Part shown: one piece after another, positions 26,601 through 35,748 of the stretch
Position numbering within the stretch: position 1 is the stretch's first letter
Layout of the letters: every line of letters begins with the position of its first letter
Virus record (IMG/VR): IMGVR_UViG_3300020042_005302
Span: 1-60,816 of that record
From: a virus
Lineage: Duplodnaviria > Caudoviricetes
Strand: one strand, 5' to 3'
Length of the DNA: 60,816 nucleotides
Position numbers and translations under genes: made by a program
The notes under the pieces: model-generated
What the model was told of the DNA's origin: nothing
Databases searched by the model: none
What the model saw: only the letters and a program-made list of their open reading frames with translations

Positions 26601-28894
26601 AAACCCTTTGCAGTAAATACAAATCGCTGTTTACCAATTGTGCCAACCCAAGTCTGTTGTTTGCTTAAACCTTTAATCGTTTTAGGGATAGCATCAACAT
26701 CAATACCAGTGCGTTGTTTGCCGGACGTTGTTGCATCAATTGTAAAAGCGGCTTCAGCATCTACGTCGGTAATATCTACAGCAAACTGTAGTTCTGGATC
26801 TAAACCTAAACGTCTAACATTTCCATTTTCATCAGTTGTGACAACTTCTGGGATTTGCAAACGTTGCATACGTTTTTGTACTTCATCTAAAACATCATCT
26901 TTTGACGGACTCCTTGACTGCATAATCTGAGCTGCAATAGTCTTAAAATTGTCACGCGCAAGATTCTTTTCAGTAAGGCGACTATATTTTCCTAGCCCAG
27001 ACTTTTCCAAAATTGTATGCATGGCTTCATCATGCTTATTTGGAATAGGCATTCCTGCATCGTCCATGTCATCAGTGTCAAACCTTTTGGTAGCTTGAAC
27101 TTTTTGCAGTAACTCACTATCCCAGATAGGAGGAAAACCGTCACTGGTGTTACCTCTTTTCTGCCCGTTACTTAAAAAAGCAAACGGCACGTCTTGTGCG
27201 TCGTTAAACTTACTTTGTTGAAACTGTTCAAATGTAACGCCAGACCGTGGGTCCCATGCTTTCTTGGGCTGAGACATTGCATTTAACACAGGGAAATCTA
27301 AATAGGATGATATTGGACGACCAACATTTTTTTCAAACCAAAGATTGAGGTATGAAATTGCTTCGTCTTTATTTAGGCCAGTCCGATCTTGAATAGTTTT
27401 TAATATTGGTAAATCTGTATACAATCCATCAACCGCTTTGTTGTGAGCCATGCGAGCTGTATAGATAGTCTGAGCTTGAGCCGTAATATCATTGAATGAA
27501 CCAGCAGCCTTAGCAATAATACTTGTTTCGGCTGGCTTTAAAATGGCAGCGTTAGCTAATACCTGTAACCATTCACCAGCATCTGGAGCTGGAGTACCTT
27601 TTCCAGTTGTAGGATCATATGGATCAACCATGCTCTTTACTTGTTTGATTGCTGTTGGAACAGTATTAAATACAGCATAAGAAAGGTTAGATGGTATTTG
27701 ACCAGTACCATCCATGGCATCCAAAGTGGACTTAACTAACTCTTTTACCGGCATTGGCTTGACTGGAGCTACAGCTAATCCAGATTCAGCAGCAGTCTTC
27801 TTTAATGCAATTTGATCAGCCTTAATTTGACGTACAGCTTTAACACCCTTCTTTAGAGATGCTACGCCTTCATTTGCTAATCCTTTAGCACCAAGAACAC
27901 CTGCTTGATAAATACTACCAACGACGTTTACGCCAGCACGAGTCATAGGTGCTTGCTGTCGTGTAATTGATTCCGCCTGTTGCAAGGCCTGAGTTAATTC
28001 AGAAGTAGGCTTATATGCAACAGCCATAGATAGAGGGTCAAAAACATTTAACTTTGGATCATTAGTGATAGCGCTAGCAATGCCACCAACAATAGGAATA
28101 CTTTGAACTGCTCCACTGGCAACAATAGGTTTAATACCAAGTTTTGCAGCTCGTTTAGAAGCCATACCTGAAAGGCCGGATAAACCGATAATACTAAGAG
28201 GGTTAAGCGCAACATCAACAAGGCCAGCTCCAAGTTCAGCACCAACAGATTGAGCTTCGTTCTCTGGCTTAAAAACTTGTTCAGCAAGTTTAGATGCTGA
28301 TACAAAAGGCACTTGTTCTCGGTTAGTACTTTCTGGATCATAGAAAGTAAAAGGCCTGATTTCTGTATATGGTTTACCATCAGGAGCAGACACACGTCTT
28401 GTTTCGCCAAGAGCCTGTATCTTTAAAGCAGTATTTTTAATACCGCCTTCCAAACCTTTATATACGTCTGGCGAGAGGCCACCAATATTTTTTAGTATTT
28501 CAACAGGCTCACTTGGTGGTGGTTCACTTATTCCAACCCGTGCCTGTTGCTGTCGTTGTATTAAAGATTCATTTACACCTTCTAGATTACTAGATGGTTT
28601 GTATACACCGTTCTTTACAAATTCAATATGTGTTAATGGTTTACCGTTAGGCTTAGTTAAAGGAATACCATTACGAGTTACAGGTGTGCGTGATAAAGCA
28701 CCTACAGCCTTTTGATAATCAGCAAGTCGTTCATCATATCCACGTTGATCAATTAATCCAGAAGATTTAGCAGCATTTAATACAGCTGTCGTATTGTTTA
28801 CGATAGACGATATTTGTTGCATGCCCTTGCGTTTTGATTTTCGGGCTGCATCATATTGGGCTAACCATCTACGTAACTCTGGATTTACTGCCAT
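17693..28894 (-). CDS. Giant (3733 aa) virion-ejected / large polyvalent protein with zincin HExxH motif
   Basis: Last gene of the ejection cluster; AHEVTHGLYH followed by NEIVV. Confidence 0.7.
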   Translation of the reverse strand: MAVNPELRRWLAQYDAARKSKRKGMQQISSIVNNTTAVLNAAKSSGLIDQRGYDERLADYQKAVGALSRTPVTRNGIPLTKPNGKPLTHIEFVKNGVYKPSSNLEGVNESLIQRQQQARVGISEPPPSEPVEILKNIGGLSPDVYKGLEGGIKNTALKIQALGETRRVSAPDGKPYTEIRPFTFYDPESTNREQVPFVSASKLAEQVFKPENEAQSVGAELGAGLVDVALNPLSIIGLSGLSGMASKRAAKLGIKPIVASGAVQSIPIVGGIASAITNDPKLNVFDPLSMAVAYKPTSELTQALQQAESITRQQAPMTRAGVNVVGSIYQAGVLGAKGLANEGVASLKKGVKAVRQIKADQIALKKTAAESGLAVAPVKPMPVKELVKSTLDAMDGTGQIPSNLSYAVFNTVPTAIKQVKSMVDPYDPTTGKGTPAPDAGEWLQVLANAAILKPAETSIIAKAAGSFNDITAQAQTIYTARMAHNKAVDGLYTDLPILKTIQDRTGLNKDEAISYLNLWFEKNVGRPISSYLDFPVLNAMSQPKKAWDPRSGVTFEQFQQSKFNDAQDVPFAFLSNGQKRGNTSDGFPPIWDSELLQKVQATKRFDTDDMDDAGMPIPNKHDEAMHTILEKSGLGKYSRLTEKNLARDNFKTIAAQIMQSRSPSKDDVLDEVQKRMQRLQIPEVVTTDENGNVRRLGLDPELQFAVDITDVDAEAAFTIDATTSGKQRTGIDVDAIPKTIKGLSKQQTWVGTIGKQRFVFTAKGFDAGGVYISARPEVNVGAELTRTVLMGRESLQQILPKGEAGMRILNEIETALNDGGNPLQDRVDAVLLDEGQRSADARDFPQSVYINAKKFQARYLGDNGDFYWYQLPSGAVIRQIKTASAGRIMTDKPMPPLTGLSSKARIYGWSASVLDQARGTIPDQIDILLDKDDPSSQVRVHLTDVNQAAIKRMRDNYNSELLPEQSKPAPDTEALRRKYEAQISNYVLGLNRQSDDEPVSMYLGMEQPIKVGDIVLIRSRQEGTDLIRVTPLREESKRAVVVSVGKEGVGVKLAGRFDDPTSLIHSSLLVPAEIQRLSTDDVFNLANLDDEALATSRPFNRSTAEQRKASQEMVAETEARKAVQQEQERANTFLRQFADIDQVFASASADKLSRVGSVEDASALLRQIQSRRRLTPNQYGDIIYTALKNSSLESHDHIIQAVLAEPATDPANTSSVIRQNEALNGLKRWLDTGDIAYISDDATEVLFFSNPVPGNTRIQRELTLSDINTVANYALRTWKTGKLETHIRNVLNGTQAYSRLPDESKKAAAINIATRAKQMANIDIGLGAILQRLPKQNKEAWSYIARLSPEAQIDLLVKLTDSETFFDQSSEVNRSIDTFNTALRELGGQAGTSTAPITTNSYMDVVRSTVDRRSIAARKMLSESAAAYARSNDPATIDGQSVKYFVDNLPEAERVTFVESLLGGLSDGSRKQIGDFLSETTKIAGDLSLKDLIDFAESNKLKSLSDLQNAADALARGVSARIAVTKPKAQGTEPAVKSDQGMDSFNEWFDLVAETPGYFEQEELQTLLLNNRQKYAEEIEQNGFGEFMATFIDDLTGLFKSQSVTPEFVDTIVQAGNKQAVKAFTEVHAYERESMSVLAKIPDGETTGLSNERVSSSARRSDFGEMQEALVKLAEISADNVDTPVAPAVVSKEDVQLMRKSLRETAAWLRQYGNVNISAIDFQLPVPGKGIGGAAVLEGSITEAARLAGDADAFTVGPDGRVTLTKYGATNRVGMAQVFKRTLGLPVNAGDQATALATSISNDLALLWDMNARSYAMRVMDHELLFGNIEAGSFYIRTLEAIRDRATNPNDAVAIDQVIDYVRENNSLIEYDSKGTPKSVIKRVFSGINSSFGDSVAEFLQTHRLAQLTNDFYTMNARLLSGGFDPTKFTTNSNIRGAEAFIHMVYPESNDVSRNVVNMVLHLNRTSNVGRNAYALAHEVTHGLYHTMPWMEKYKLANNALAWASKNYTKLVQGKEAAIQRAYSALKKEKLLVDAQKETLSPDEFKMRYEVDIADRNSVTFTDPVINEIVVSYLTNMALSSPQVFAGSDNYAYGAAASAVFRSIGNRLGAAIRFMNESIDYGAVDVQRGKVLSRWTLSGDTFYSRDSSNVVSHTPLDKGWVVRLAVNDDVELAKYLTPLTSKDGVYLSAGSLTGSSRIDVAATRFASIFNRAFGKNYRDVSVEIEDMVYAPPSGDQDAVRGTYVMLSSPTKQNEFSKFQNINYVKVDQVVDNGVLLKYKVRENGQMVTKSVNFNKGDLAYVVKMDSFNPKTKKYESYRFLMRADAINSFGARVSGYSNAAFSKQSAAVLYSLYGGTKKAVQTLSRASSFDQVATAESMLAASINSDVVDTENILGTMPRGTQEGFNPEDFDDPAVNKSRVNARPQIYKDGIQNEMEWAASLDEGLKDSQGKPESVIPAFIGMQETFNNIRLAMFGGSADGFAQSSGENKTNATFYGRKDSNGYLSTPEIFLVGDARTDPKIGLRQSVASDLLILAGGSDGANPTVALATLAKVAREAPGIQAFIKGLKAVGIDEASIDALTQARLIGKRQFTVSDSLGVIKELLTNNLPFGYTENVNGPINGKPIYDYLSQLTSGDNLNLANVRNQNIILSHVMKRFLDLHDEFKITSMTELLTKLNDPLGKDSTVYRQFVSFAQRMNADAAFRARALREWRNYDLVDVIQARGKTPWLVITETTDATLSAEQRAALATVKKPEGLKPFYAVNPDDGRVVLAERNEKTGAWQFRDTSLENTVNEGTNLYKATAMMSDRAGKAKLSVDEKLFGVAVETGTNERTGEKSYTYPNEVYVYLSPQINMKQGSVLPPKLFDKDNLLVAGSESLQVLTAAMQQARDPSVPGKTQVITIALPHRNAYLNGKVDMTSKFQNLNGLLQAFKNPVPGELVTLRTLEVLWDETVSAWRIRDRGIPFTEDIPQGRKLGLGELLQQDKSQILGISLPEVHISKILAEKALTTDSPLAEKLKSVTGSGRKDKNGNPIVTGRSIASKLADSDETWGLTLFSNGFSQRDIDALRGVNTQEDIADEVRKAMRPDPELDMTKILEEDNTLPEGQMQISVDEKGLRWIKAQKVAADGIRIGAIGVEKILLEADSLIRIAKLSRDLSAMANQSYLLANPVGDIMALARGNRPPMLTSVLLSLPAMAPNLPSFKQSVSNPRHALAQFGDTALGDKMVHLAIDRVLGFMPDLTIEDMQAYGLNLEYLKHYNLFKDALADNPIIRKEDIPLNAKFDDMLGEGHITAIFKKITPTLSAFERTNVLYRDLTKIMAFQDEYSRVMNTGRPEGFRGTDADFQTQLLEDVAWSVNFLGGNDQGEFSNSKNLNTVQSKFSKLFMSAPYTKTRTVLTPFVGHILYAGKQLANKSLEKSGSKVRISTRTEERVLPGLGSDEFLPYAKRYINRKVAQGWTSSIVGPLGWRLLKLLAYGSAIGTVVEASEDKPDKFQFIADTIKDGLAGMMTFEHNGKTYSMSMPGALGRMTRQGLRPLRPTDTNIANMGQFYFRQYFENAISPILGLMKTATSGKDYNNRASFENSLGYRELRKRLLENYRDTPLIGAILKMSPQEMSRFATEIFFTINELSQMEAIEDDIDLQRMRSGEDLYSLEKENFDTLPFLSLSNMIGLNLEATDQIEKDFLEARSGNKTNRTKLKEMRASTRYRNFYDTLRDSGISGVMSGYAEGGAEK

Positions 28895-28909
28895 TAATTA
28901 ATCCTCAAA

Positions 28910-30787
28910 TTATTGATCAAATAAAAAACTAGGATCATCTACAACTCCGCTAGATGCAGGAGATCTAAAACCGGCTCCACTAGTCGAACTACCGGGGTCA
29001 TACATTGTATCGATTTCAGGAAGAGAATATAAACGATTTAAAATTTCCTGATTTTTGACACCTGCAATTGGATCAAAATTCATAATCATTCCTATAAATC
29101 TTGCTTCGTTTCCTGCCGATGCACGTAGTAACTTTCGTTGCGTCATAATTTTTGCTTTAATGCTTCGAGCCTCTTTGACTATTTGCATTTGTCCATACAT
29201 TTTATATTTTGGATCTGTAGTATATTTTTGACGTTCTGTTTCAGTTACTTTTGCATTTTTTATTGCATCGGAATACTCTTTAATGATGTTGTCAAGTTCG
29301 ACAATTTCAGGCTTTCCAAAATTTTGAGCCATAGAAACTCTTTGTGGAACGCCTTTAAAAGGACTTGCTGCCTGAGCGCGTCTGCCACCACTTTTATAAT
29401 AATCAACTTCGGCTCTAAGTTTTTCGAGCGTTAATGGTTGTAGGTCAGACTTATACTCTGCTTCACTCTTAGCATCTGTTAAATTCTGTCGTTTAACTGC
29501 GACATCCAATAACGCTTGCTCCATCGCAACTGGCACACGCGCTTGCTTTCCAATGGAATTCAATACACTTCCTTCAAAGTCAGCAAGTACAGATTGATAA
29601 GATTCCGGGCTTGCAAACTTAACGCTAGTCATCAATGGTGCAAGATACTGCCTCATGAGATCAGGATTTGAAATATGCCTATGCCACATCTCCTTAAAAT
29701 CTTTGTTGAGTGGATTGACGTTAAACGTACTTATAGCAAAATCCATAAATCCTTTTTGCAACTCTGACGACGCTTTGACATCATTAGAATCCAAAACAGC
29801 ATCTTCACTGTCCGGAAATAAACGAGATCGCATAGGTCGAACTGGCATAGCAGGAGGAGCTACAGGTGTTTTTTGCGGTATTGGTTTGCCATTCTTGTCT
29901 AACTTTACTGGAGGTTTGGCAACTGGCTTTACTGTTTTACTTGGTGGAGCGGCACCAATTCCAGCTGGCGCATTTACACCGATTCCTAATGACGTAGGAG
30001 CTAATAATGACAACGCATCAATTTGGGACTTGTCGCTAGCAACCTGCATAGGTTCTTCGACGTCTGTTGCAAGTGCACCAACCTTTACTCCAACTGGCCT
30101 AGTTGGCGGTATGTATTCAATTGGTTTTGGTGATTGACCACCGGGAACGGCTTGCTCGCCTTCAACTTTTTTAGCTGGCGCTGCTACTCCTGCTGCCTTT
30201 AAGGCTTTAACTGCATCGTTATAAGTAAGTGGCGTTATGTCAGCTTCAAGAGTTCCTAGCACTGATTCATCTAGCTTAAATGAAGGAGAAACGTATTTCA
30301 GTATTCCCTTTTGCTGGTCAAACGCGGCTTTATAATTGCCCTGCGCTTCAACAAGATTGTTTACAATTGTTGTAAAGTCAGTACGAGTGTATGCGCTTGG
30401 TCTACTTATGGCATTATTATATTTGGTTCGTGCAGCTAAAAGCTTAGACTTTGCAACATTCACTGGCTCAGTCAACATGGCTACAGCTGCAGTACGCTCT
30501 TTGTCTGTTCCTAATTTAGCTGCATCAAGATTGCGCTTATCAATTACCTTTTGTCGCGCAGCAGCATCTCTTTCTAGCCCAAATCTTTCAGTAGCTCGAT
30601 CAGCTTCATTTTGTTGAATGCGCATTTGCTGGCCTTGGACCATGCGCTGATTCAACATGTTTTCTTGTTCTCTGGCTCTATCCATTTGTTGCATACGCAT
30701 TTGAGCAACTTGCTGATCAGCCTGTTGTTGAGGAGCTACCAATGATTGCATGCCAGCCAAAAAAGCTTGTGGATTAAATCTAGCCAT
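28910..30787 (-). CDS. Internal virion (ejection) protein
   Basis: Q/A-rich coiled coil; canonical position between nozzle and giant protein. Confidence 0.6.
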   Translation of the reverse strand: MARFNPQAFLAGMQSLVAPQQQADQQVAQMRMQQMDRAREQENMLNQRMVQGQQMRIQQNEADRATERFGLERDAAARQKVIDKRNLDAAKLGTDKERTAAVAMLTEPVNVAKSKLLAARTKYNNAISRPSAYTRTDFTTIVNNLVEAQGNYKAAFDQQKGILKYVSPSFKLDESVLGTLEADITPLTYNDAVKALKAAGVAAPAKKVEGEQAVPGGQSPKPIEYIPPTRPVGVKVGALATDVEEPMQVASDKSQIDALSLLAPTSLGIGVNAPAGIGAAPPSKTVKPVAKPPVKLDKNGKPIPQKTPVAPPAMPVRPMRSRLFPDSEDAVLDSNDVKASSELQKGFMDFAISTFNVNPLNKDFKEMWHRHISNPDLMRQYLAPLMTSVKFASPESYQSVLADFEGSVLNSIGKQARVPVAMEQALLDVAVKRQNLTDAKSEAEYKSDLQPLTLEKLRAEVDYYKSGGRRAQAASPFKGVPQRVSMAQNFGKPEIVELDNIIKEYSDAIKNAKVTETERQKYTTDPKYKMYGQMQIVKEARSIKAKIMTQRKLLRASAGNEARFIGMIMNFDPIAGVKNQEILNRLYSLPEIDTMYDPGSSTSGAGFRSPASSGVVDDPSFLFDQ

Positions 30788-30798
30788 TATTGTTTCAC

Positions 30799-31635
30799 CT
30801 ACATTGGTCCTACGTTATACTTATTGTTTGCTGCACCAAGTCCGGTGTTACGTACATAGCCACCATTAGGTACATAACCAATTGCGCCAATTGACCCCAT
30901 CTTTGCCAAAAAGTCACTCTGAGCACGTTCTTGAGCAGCCAATTGTTTATTTATATTCCGTTGACCAGCCTGTTGACCAAAATACCCACTAATGCCTGAA
31001 CCAAGAGCTGCAGTCATTGCATTAGCTTCATCATCTGCTGCTTGATTAAACTGATTAATCTGATTACCAATAGCCATTCGACGATCCATGTTGGCGTCAC
31101 TGCTAGCCATGGCGCCTTGCTGTAATCCCATTCCTTGACCATACATACCACTGGCAATGCCTTGCGCTTGCGCTAAACGTTGTGGTGCAGATAATTCATA
31201 GTTACTTGCAAAGTTTCCGATGTTGCTTGCAATGGCAGAGTTAATCGCGTTATTGGCAGACTGACCCATTCCAGCTGCAACGCCCCCGCCTAGTCCGCGA
31301 GACGTTGCTGCCTGTGTTGCTGAGGCTCTTGCTGCATCACCTTGTTGTTGCAATAGTGCAGCAGCTGGGCCAACTCCTTTAAAAATGTCTGAATTACTAA
31401 GAGGCTTGTTTGCATTTTCAATACTAATGTCCGCCATCTTCTGCATAGTCGGCTCGTAACGGGCAGCCATTGATTCGCCACGTTTAAGCATCGAGTCAAA
31501 GTATCTGTCACGAGCGCGTGATTTATTTAATGCAGCATATTGTTCAGACTCAAAAGGATTACGGCGCTTCTTCACAAGGCCGCCTAAAAATTGAGAACCG
31601 ACATTTGCAATAAGACCTAGTGTTGCGGGATCCAT
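30799..31635 (-). CDS. Internal virion (ejection/pilot) protein
   Basis: MDPATLGLIANVGSQFLGG N-terminus, G/A/Q-rich. Confidence 0.65.
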   Translation of the reverse strand: MDPATLGLIANVGSQFLGGLVKKRRNPFESEQYAALNKSRARDRYFDSMLKRGESMAARYEPTMQKMADISIENANKPLSNSDIFKGVGPAAALLQQQGDAARASATQAATSRGLGGGVAAGMGQSANNAINSAIASNIGNFASNYELSAPQRLAQAQGIASGMYGQGMGLQQGAMASSDANMDRRMAIGNQINQFNQAADDEANAMTAALGSGISGYFGQQAGQRNINKQLAAQERAQSDFLAKMGSIGAIGYVPNGGYVRNTGLGAANNKYNVGPM

Positions 31636-31650
31636 AATACCTCCAGTTTA

Positions 31651-32112
31651 CTACACAACAGGCTTAGATAACATTGCTATCCATCTTGCTTGCCTATTGC
31701 TATCGATAACGGACAAAAACTTTACGGTCTCCCATTGTTTAGTTAGACCTGTCCATGTACTGTAATAATTAATTAAATCTGTACCAGTTGGCGTAAATGT
31801 AATTGTATTTACGGAAGAATCAACCTTTATTAGTTCTACATACCTTCCGTAACAGCTTGCCGCTGGTGGAAGTGTCACTACAAATGATGCAGTATTGGCA
31901 TCACATAAAATAATAGATGGGGCTATAGGAACAGTAAACGCAGCGTTGGCAAAATAATTACCAGCAAAACTTGCTGTGTAGGGAACAGTTTCTGTGCCGC
32001 GAAAATTAGAAGTTGGTAAAACAGCATTGGTTTTTCCGGGGCCTCTTAATTTTCTGTCCGGGGGTAAACTGTTACCTCCCTCTGTGGGAGTAATACCTGA
32101 AATAATTGGCAC
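31651..32112 (-). CDS. Tail/structural protein
   Basis: Beta-rich, VTLPPAA...IKVD..NTIT fibre-type module. Confidence 0.55.
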   Translation of the reverse strand: MPIISGITPTEGGNSLPPDRKLRGPGKTNAVLPTSNFRGTETVPYTASFAGNYFANAAFTVPIAPSIILCDANTASFVVTLPPAASCYGRYVELIKVDSSVNTITFTPTGTDLINYYSTWTGLTKQWETVKFLSVIDSNRQARWIAMLSKPVV

Positions 32113-32115
32113 AAT

Positions 32116-35100
32116 TTAACTCCTTGGTGTATTACCTTCTGTTGTCGTAACGTGAAATCCTTGGAAAAGAAAAGACGTTTGTGTGCTTCCAGTTATCTCA
32201 ACGTTAAACGTCTGCCTATCTGCAGATCTTGATATTTGTCGCAAAGACACAACCTTTTCCGTATTTGCTGGCCATGTGTAAGTGCCAGTCGTTGAAACAT
32301 TGTTCATGCCACGTAGGCCCCAGTTTAACAAAATGGTAGATGCAGATTTATTGTTAAAATGTAAATTTAAACTGTGTATTTTATTGGCACTGTAGTACAT
32401 ACTACCTTCTGCAAAAGTTTGCCCATAGGCTCTAGAAATTATATTCCAATCAATTGATGTAAAAGTACGTGCCCCAGCAGCAGAGCTATAAGTGCCATCA
32501 GCAAACCCTTGGAAACGATAGAGTCTTCCATCACGACCACCAGCGTATAGTTCCTGAGTATCATCAGCTGCTTCAACAGATACTAAACTAGTAAAAGCTG
32601 TTGGGTTAGTCCAGTTGACCCAACCCTTATTACGACTGTCAAAAACATAACAACGCGTACACGTTTGCGCAGAGGTCTCATTTACTGTTGGGGCTAACAC
32701 AAATAACCGACGATCGTGTTCCGTAAAAACAATATCAGCGTATGCTTCAGCTCGTATGTATTCCAATGTCCCAGATGGACTAAAGTCTTGACTGCGCATA
32801 TTTAATACGCCTTCAAGTGGTAACCCTATAGGGCTTAATTGAGTACCCGTTAGTTCTGCAATTCCAGAACTAGTTGTAAGCATAAGCCTTCCATTTAATG
32901 TACATGCTCCACGCTTAGCTATTAAGCCATTCCCCTGACCTTGCAAATACCCTTGACTAGCAAAGTTAGCAGGGCTATCTCCAGTGAGTAAATACAAACT
33001 ATATTCACGCATAATAGCCAATGCACTAGATGTACTATTATCACGTAACATGCCATCACCGTTGATAACATACATTGCTTGTATTTTTTCTTCATCGTTC
33101 TTACTGCTGATTGTAAAGCTTGCACCCTTTAACGCAACCTCTGGATCATTTGGATAAGGAACCTCTGTTGTATACAGACCATATTCATTGGTTCTATCTA
33201 AAGCCCATGACGCAAAAATTGTATTTTGTTTTACAGCAAATAAACGATTGTTGAATGAAGCCAACGTGTCACAACCAAGTGGGAACTGATCTCTACCTTC
33301 TTTGAATCTATATCCTCTAGTCCCTGCGCCATTGTCAAACAACAACGATGAATCTTGCACTTGATCTACAAACGTGATTTCACGGGTAGCAACATCCGTT
33401 ATAGATGCACTAGATCCTGTCCATTTGGTGCCATCAACATATGCATTTCCACTATCAAGATCAATCACTGCAATAAGACGTGGAACATTATCTCCAAATA
33501 AAACATTCTTTCTGTAGATCAAAGCGTATTTGTATTCACAGTTAGTTATCGGCCTACGTAAATCTGACGTACTCAAGCGCAACGTAACTTGATTGACAGC
33601 TGCCGTAATGATTACGTCTGCGCTAAATTGAGTAGGTCCAGTTTCAAAACCATCAGCATTCGGGAATTCTGGTAACGTCGCCCATGCATTTCCGGTAGTC
33701 GCTGTAGGGTTACTAGGTAGGGTATATGGACGCCATAAGGTGTACATATATGTGTACTTACTACTTGGTGTAAGTGCTCCTTGTTTAGTAACTTCACCAA
33801 AACTTATAAACCATTCATCTGTTCTAAGATCTGTAAGATCAAAGTCAACTCTAAAGTATAAATATCTAACATCTTTACGGAACGCTTGTGGTACTGGAAA
33901 AAGCTGAAATGTCAAATAACCTTGCTCTTTGTCGTAACTACACTGACCAGTCCATTCTGTCTTGCTTCCAACCCTGAATCCTAGACTAAATGGAGGGACA
34001 CTAGCATTAATTGTTTCTGGAAATGATGCACGGATACTAAGTGATTCCGTTTCTGTAAATTGATAGTTGGCACCAAGATCTATCTTGATATACTCATTAG
34101 CTAAATATTTTGCATATTGATCTATAGGTGCTGTTGCATTAAAAGTTGTGTTTTGCTGTTTACCAACTAGCTTTGCAAGTTTGTTTGGATCATCTTGAAT
34201 TGATGCTACGGCTACAGAACTATTGACAGGATGAATTGAAACGTCTTCAAGTAATACATAACTATCTCCACCTCTGTGGAATGCCGTTGCTATACGAATC
34301 TGTAGGCCTGTAAGAATTTTGTCATATTCTCTAAAATCAACTAAGATTTCAAAGCGTTGCCAATCGTTAGCTGTTCGTGCAGCTCCGGGTTGTGCATTGT
34401 AGTAAACTTCTGCGCCGTCAATTAAGTTAGTGCCAGAAAACGCTGTAGTTGCTGTATTCTTCATTCCTTGGATACGTATATCCATTGTGTTGCCACTTAT
34501 GAAATTAGTAAGGTCATCTTCATTCCATAGATATAACGTCACCACGTACATACCGCAGTTACGCGCAACTTTATATTGCTGATTAGATAAAGCACCAGAG
34601 AACGTAAAGGCAGCACCAGCTAATGTACTGTCAGTTGTCACCTTAAATGTTGTAGACGTGACAATTGTTTTAACGTAATAAATAGTAGTAATAGATACGC
34701 CGCCAACTGCAGCTTGAAAACTAATTTTTTGTCCTAATGAAAGTCCGTGACCAGTTGCTACTACTATGGTGTCAAGCGTTCCAGCAATAACCGAATATGT
34801 AAATGATTCACTATCATCAGTCAGATTAATTGATCGCACATCAATATCCTGAAAGATAAAGTCTTGGATTTGATCAAGCTTTAAACATCGTTGCGATGCT
34901 GCTCCATCTCGCGTAATAATCATGTCCTGTGGATTTTTAGCTGAGTTAGCAAAGGTGTTAAATGTATTAGCACCAACTGTTTTAGTACTACTTGTTATGT
35001 ATTGAACGTCAGTTGTGTTGTAGTTCCATTGCCCAAATCCAGACGATGTGTTGCTAGAAAAGTTTCCGTTTGTAACTACACTAGCAAATAAAGACGCATC

Positions 35101-35748
35101 CAATGAACTGAAACCCGTAGTTAATATTGGAGTTGTGTACAAGCTGCTAATTTGCGGGTCAGCCATTACCTTTAACGATGAAGTAGTTGCAAGTGGCTTA
35201 ATGTTTTTTAATTGGTCATTTGCAAGTTGCGGAATATTTTCTGCCTCTACAGAAGATCCATTCATACGAACACGAAAGAGTGGGCGATTCCCACCACTAG
35301 CTCCGTAAAGATACTGCCCATGCTTAACTATGCGTACATTTTCAGCTGACCCAATATTAATAGGTGAGCCTGTCCATCTATCATTTAATGCAACAGGTTG
35401 ATTGGCTGTAGTCAAAGGAGTATTAAGGTATGCCGATGTGTCATAACTAAAAACGCCAGTACCGCTTGCAAAAACTAATCTACTTGCTTGACCACTATCT
35501 TTAAGCACAGATAACTCACGTATTGGATTAGATGTAGTGTAGTTAAAGTTTGGCCCAGATGGGTTCATCCATACAGAAAGCCATCCGTTACGTGGACGTA
35601 GAGTATTGCCATAGACAAATAGATTTTGTAAAGACTGAAAGTAGTTTTGTTGAAGTTCGTTGGGCTGGTTGTAAGTGTCAATACCAGTAAACGCACGGTC
35701 ACCAATGGTAAAAGCTTGTTGATTGTTTGATACTTGTCGCAATGCCAT
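32116..35748 (-). CDS. Tail nozzle / tubular protein B (P22 gp10-like) with inserted domains
   Basis: FTGIDT N-terminus, beta-propeller-like repeats (NNRLF, YVFD..W), position; start MALRQ by TAATG coupling. Confidence 0.7.
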   Translation of the reverse strand: MALRQVSNNQQAFTIGDRAFTGIDTYNQPNELQQNYFQSLQNLFVYGNTLRPRNGWLSVWMNPSGPNFNYTTSNPIRELSVLKDSGQASRLVFASGTGVFSYDTSAYLNTPLTTANQPVALNDRWTGSPINIGSAENVRIVKHGQYLYGASGGNRPLFRVRMNGSSVEAENIPQLANDQLKNIKPLATTSSLKVMADPQISSLYTTPILTTGFSSLDASLFASVVTNGNFSSNTSSGFGQWNYNTTDVQYITSSTKTVGANTFNTFANSAKNPQDMIITRDGAASQRCLKLDQIQDFIFQDIDVRSINLTDDSESFTYSVIAGTLDTIVVATGHGLSLGQKISFQAAVGGVSITTIYYVKTIVTSTTFKVTTDSTLAGAAFTFSGALSNQQYKVARNCGMYVVTLYLWNEDDLTNFISGNTMDIRIQGMKNTATTAFSGTNLIDGAEVYYNAQPGAARTANDWQRFEILVDFREYDKILTGLQIRIATAFHRGGDSYVLLEDVSIHPVNSSVAVASIQDDPNKLAKLVGKQQNTTFNATAPIDQYAKYLANEYIKIDLGANYQFTETESLSIRASFPETINASVPPFSLGFRVGSKTEWTGQCSYDKEQGYLTFQLFPVPQAFRKDVRYLYFRVDFDLTDLRTDEWFISFGEVTKQGALTPSSKYTYMYTLWRPYTLPSNPTATTGNAWATLPEFPNADGFETGPTQFSADVIITAAVNQVTLRLSTSDLRRPITNCEYKYALIYRKNVLFGDNVPRLIAVIDLDSGNAYVDGTKWTGSSASITDVATREITFVDQVQDSSLLFDNGAGTRGYRFKEGRDQFPLGCDTLASFNNRLFAVKQNTIFASWALDRTNEYGLYTTEVPYPNDPEVALKGASFTISSKNDEEKIQAMYVINGDGMLRDNSTSSALAIMREYSLYLLTGDSPANFASQGYLQGQGNGLIAKRGACTLNGRLMLTTSSGIAELTGTQLSPIGLPLEGVLNMRSQDFSPSGTLEYIRAEAYADIVFTEHDRRLFVLAPTVNETSAQTCTRCYVFDSRNKGWVNWTNPTAFTSLVSVEAADDTQELYAGGRDGRLYRFQGFADGTYSSAAGARTFTSIDWNIISRAYGQTFAEGSMYYSANKIHSLNLHFNNKSASTILLNWGLRGMNNVSTTGTYTWPANTEKVVSLRQISRSADRQTFNVEITGSTQTSFLFQGFHVTTTEGNTPRS

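Noticed and set aside
17693-28894. Giant protein as a virion RNA polymerase
   Set aside because: I found no DxDGD/DFDID-type or clear single-subunit polymerase motif by eye; not excluded without structure search
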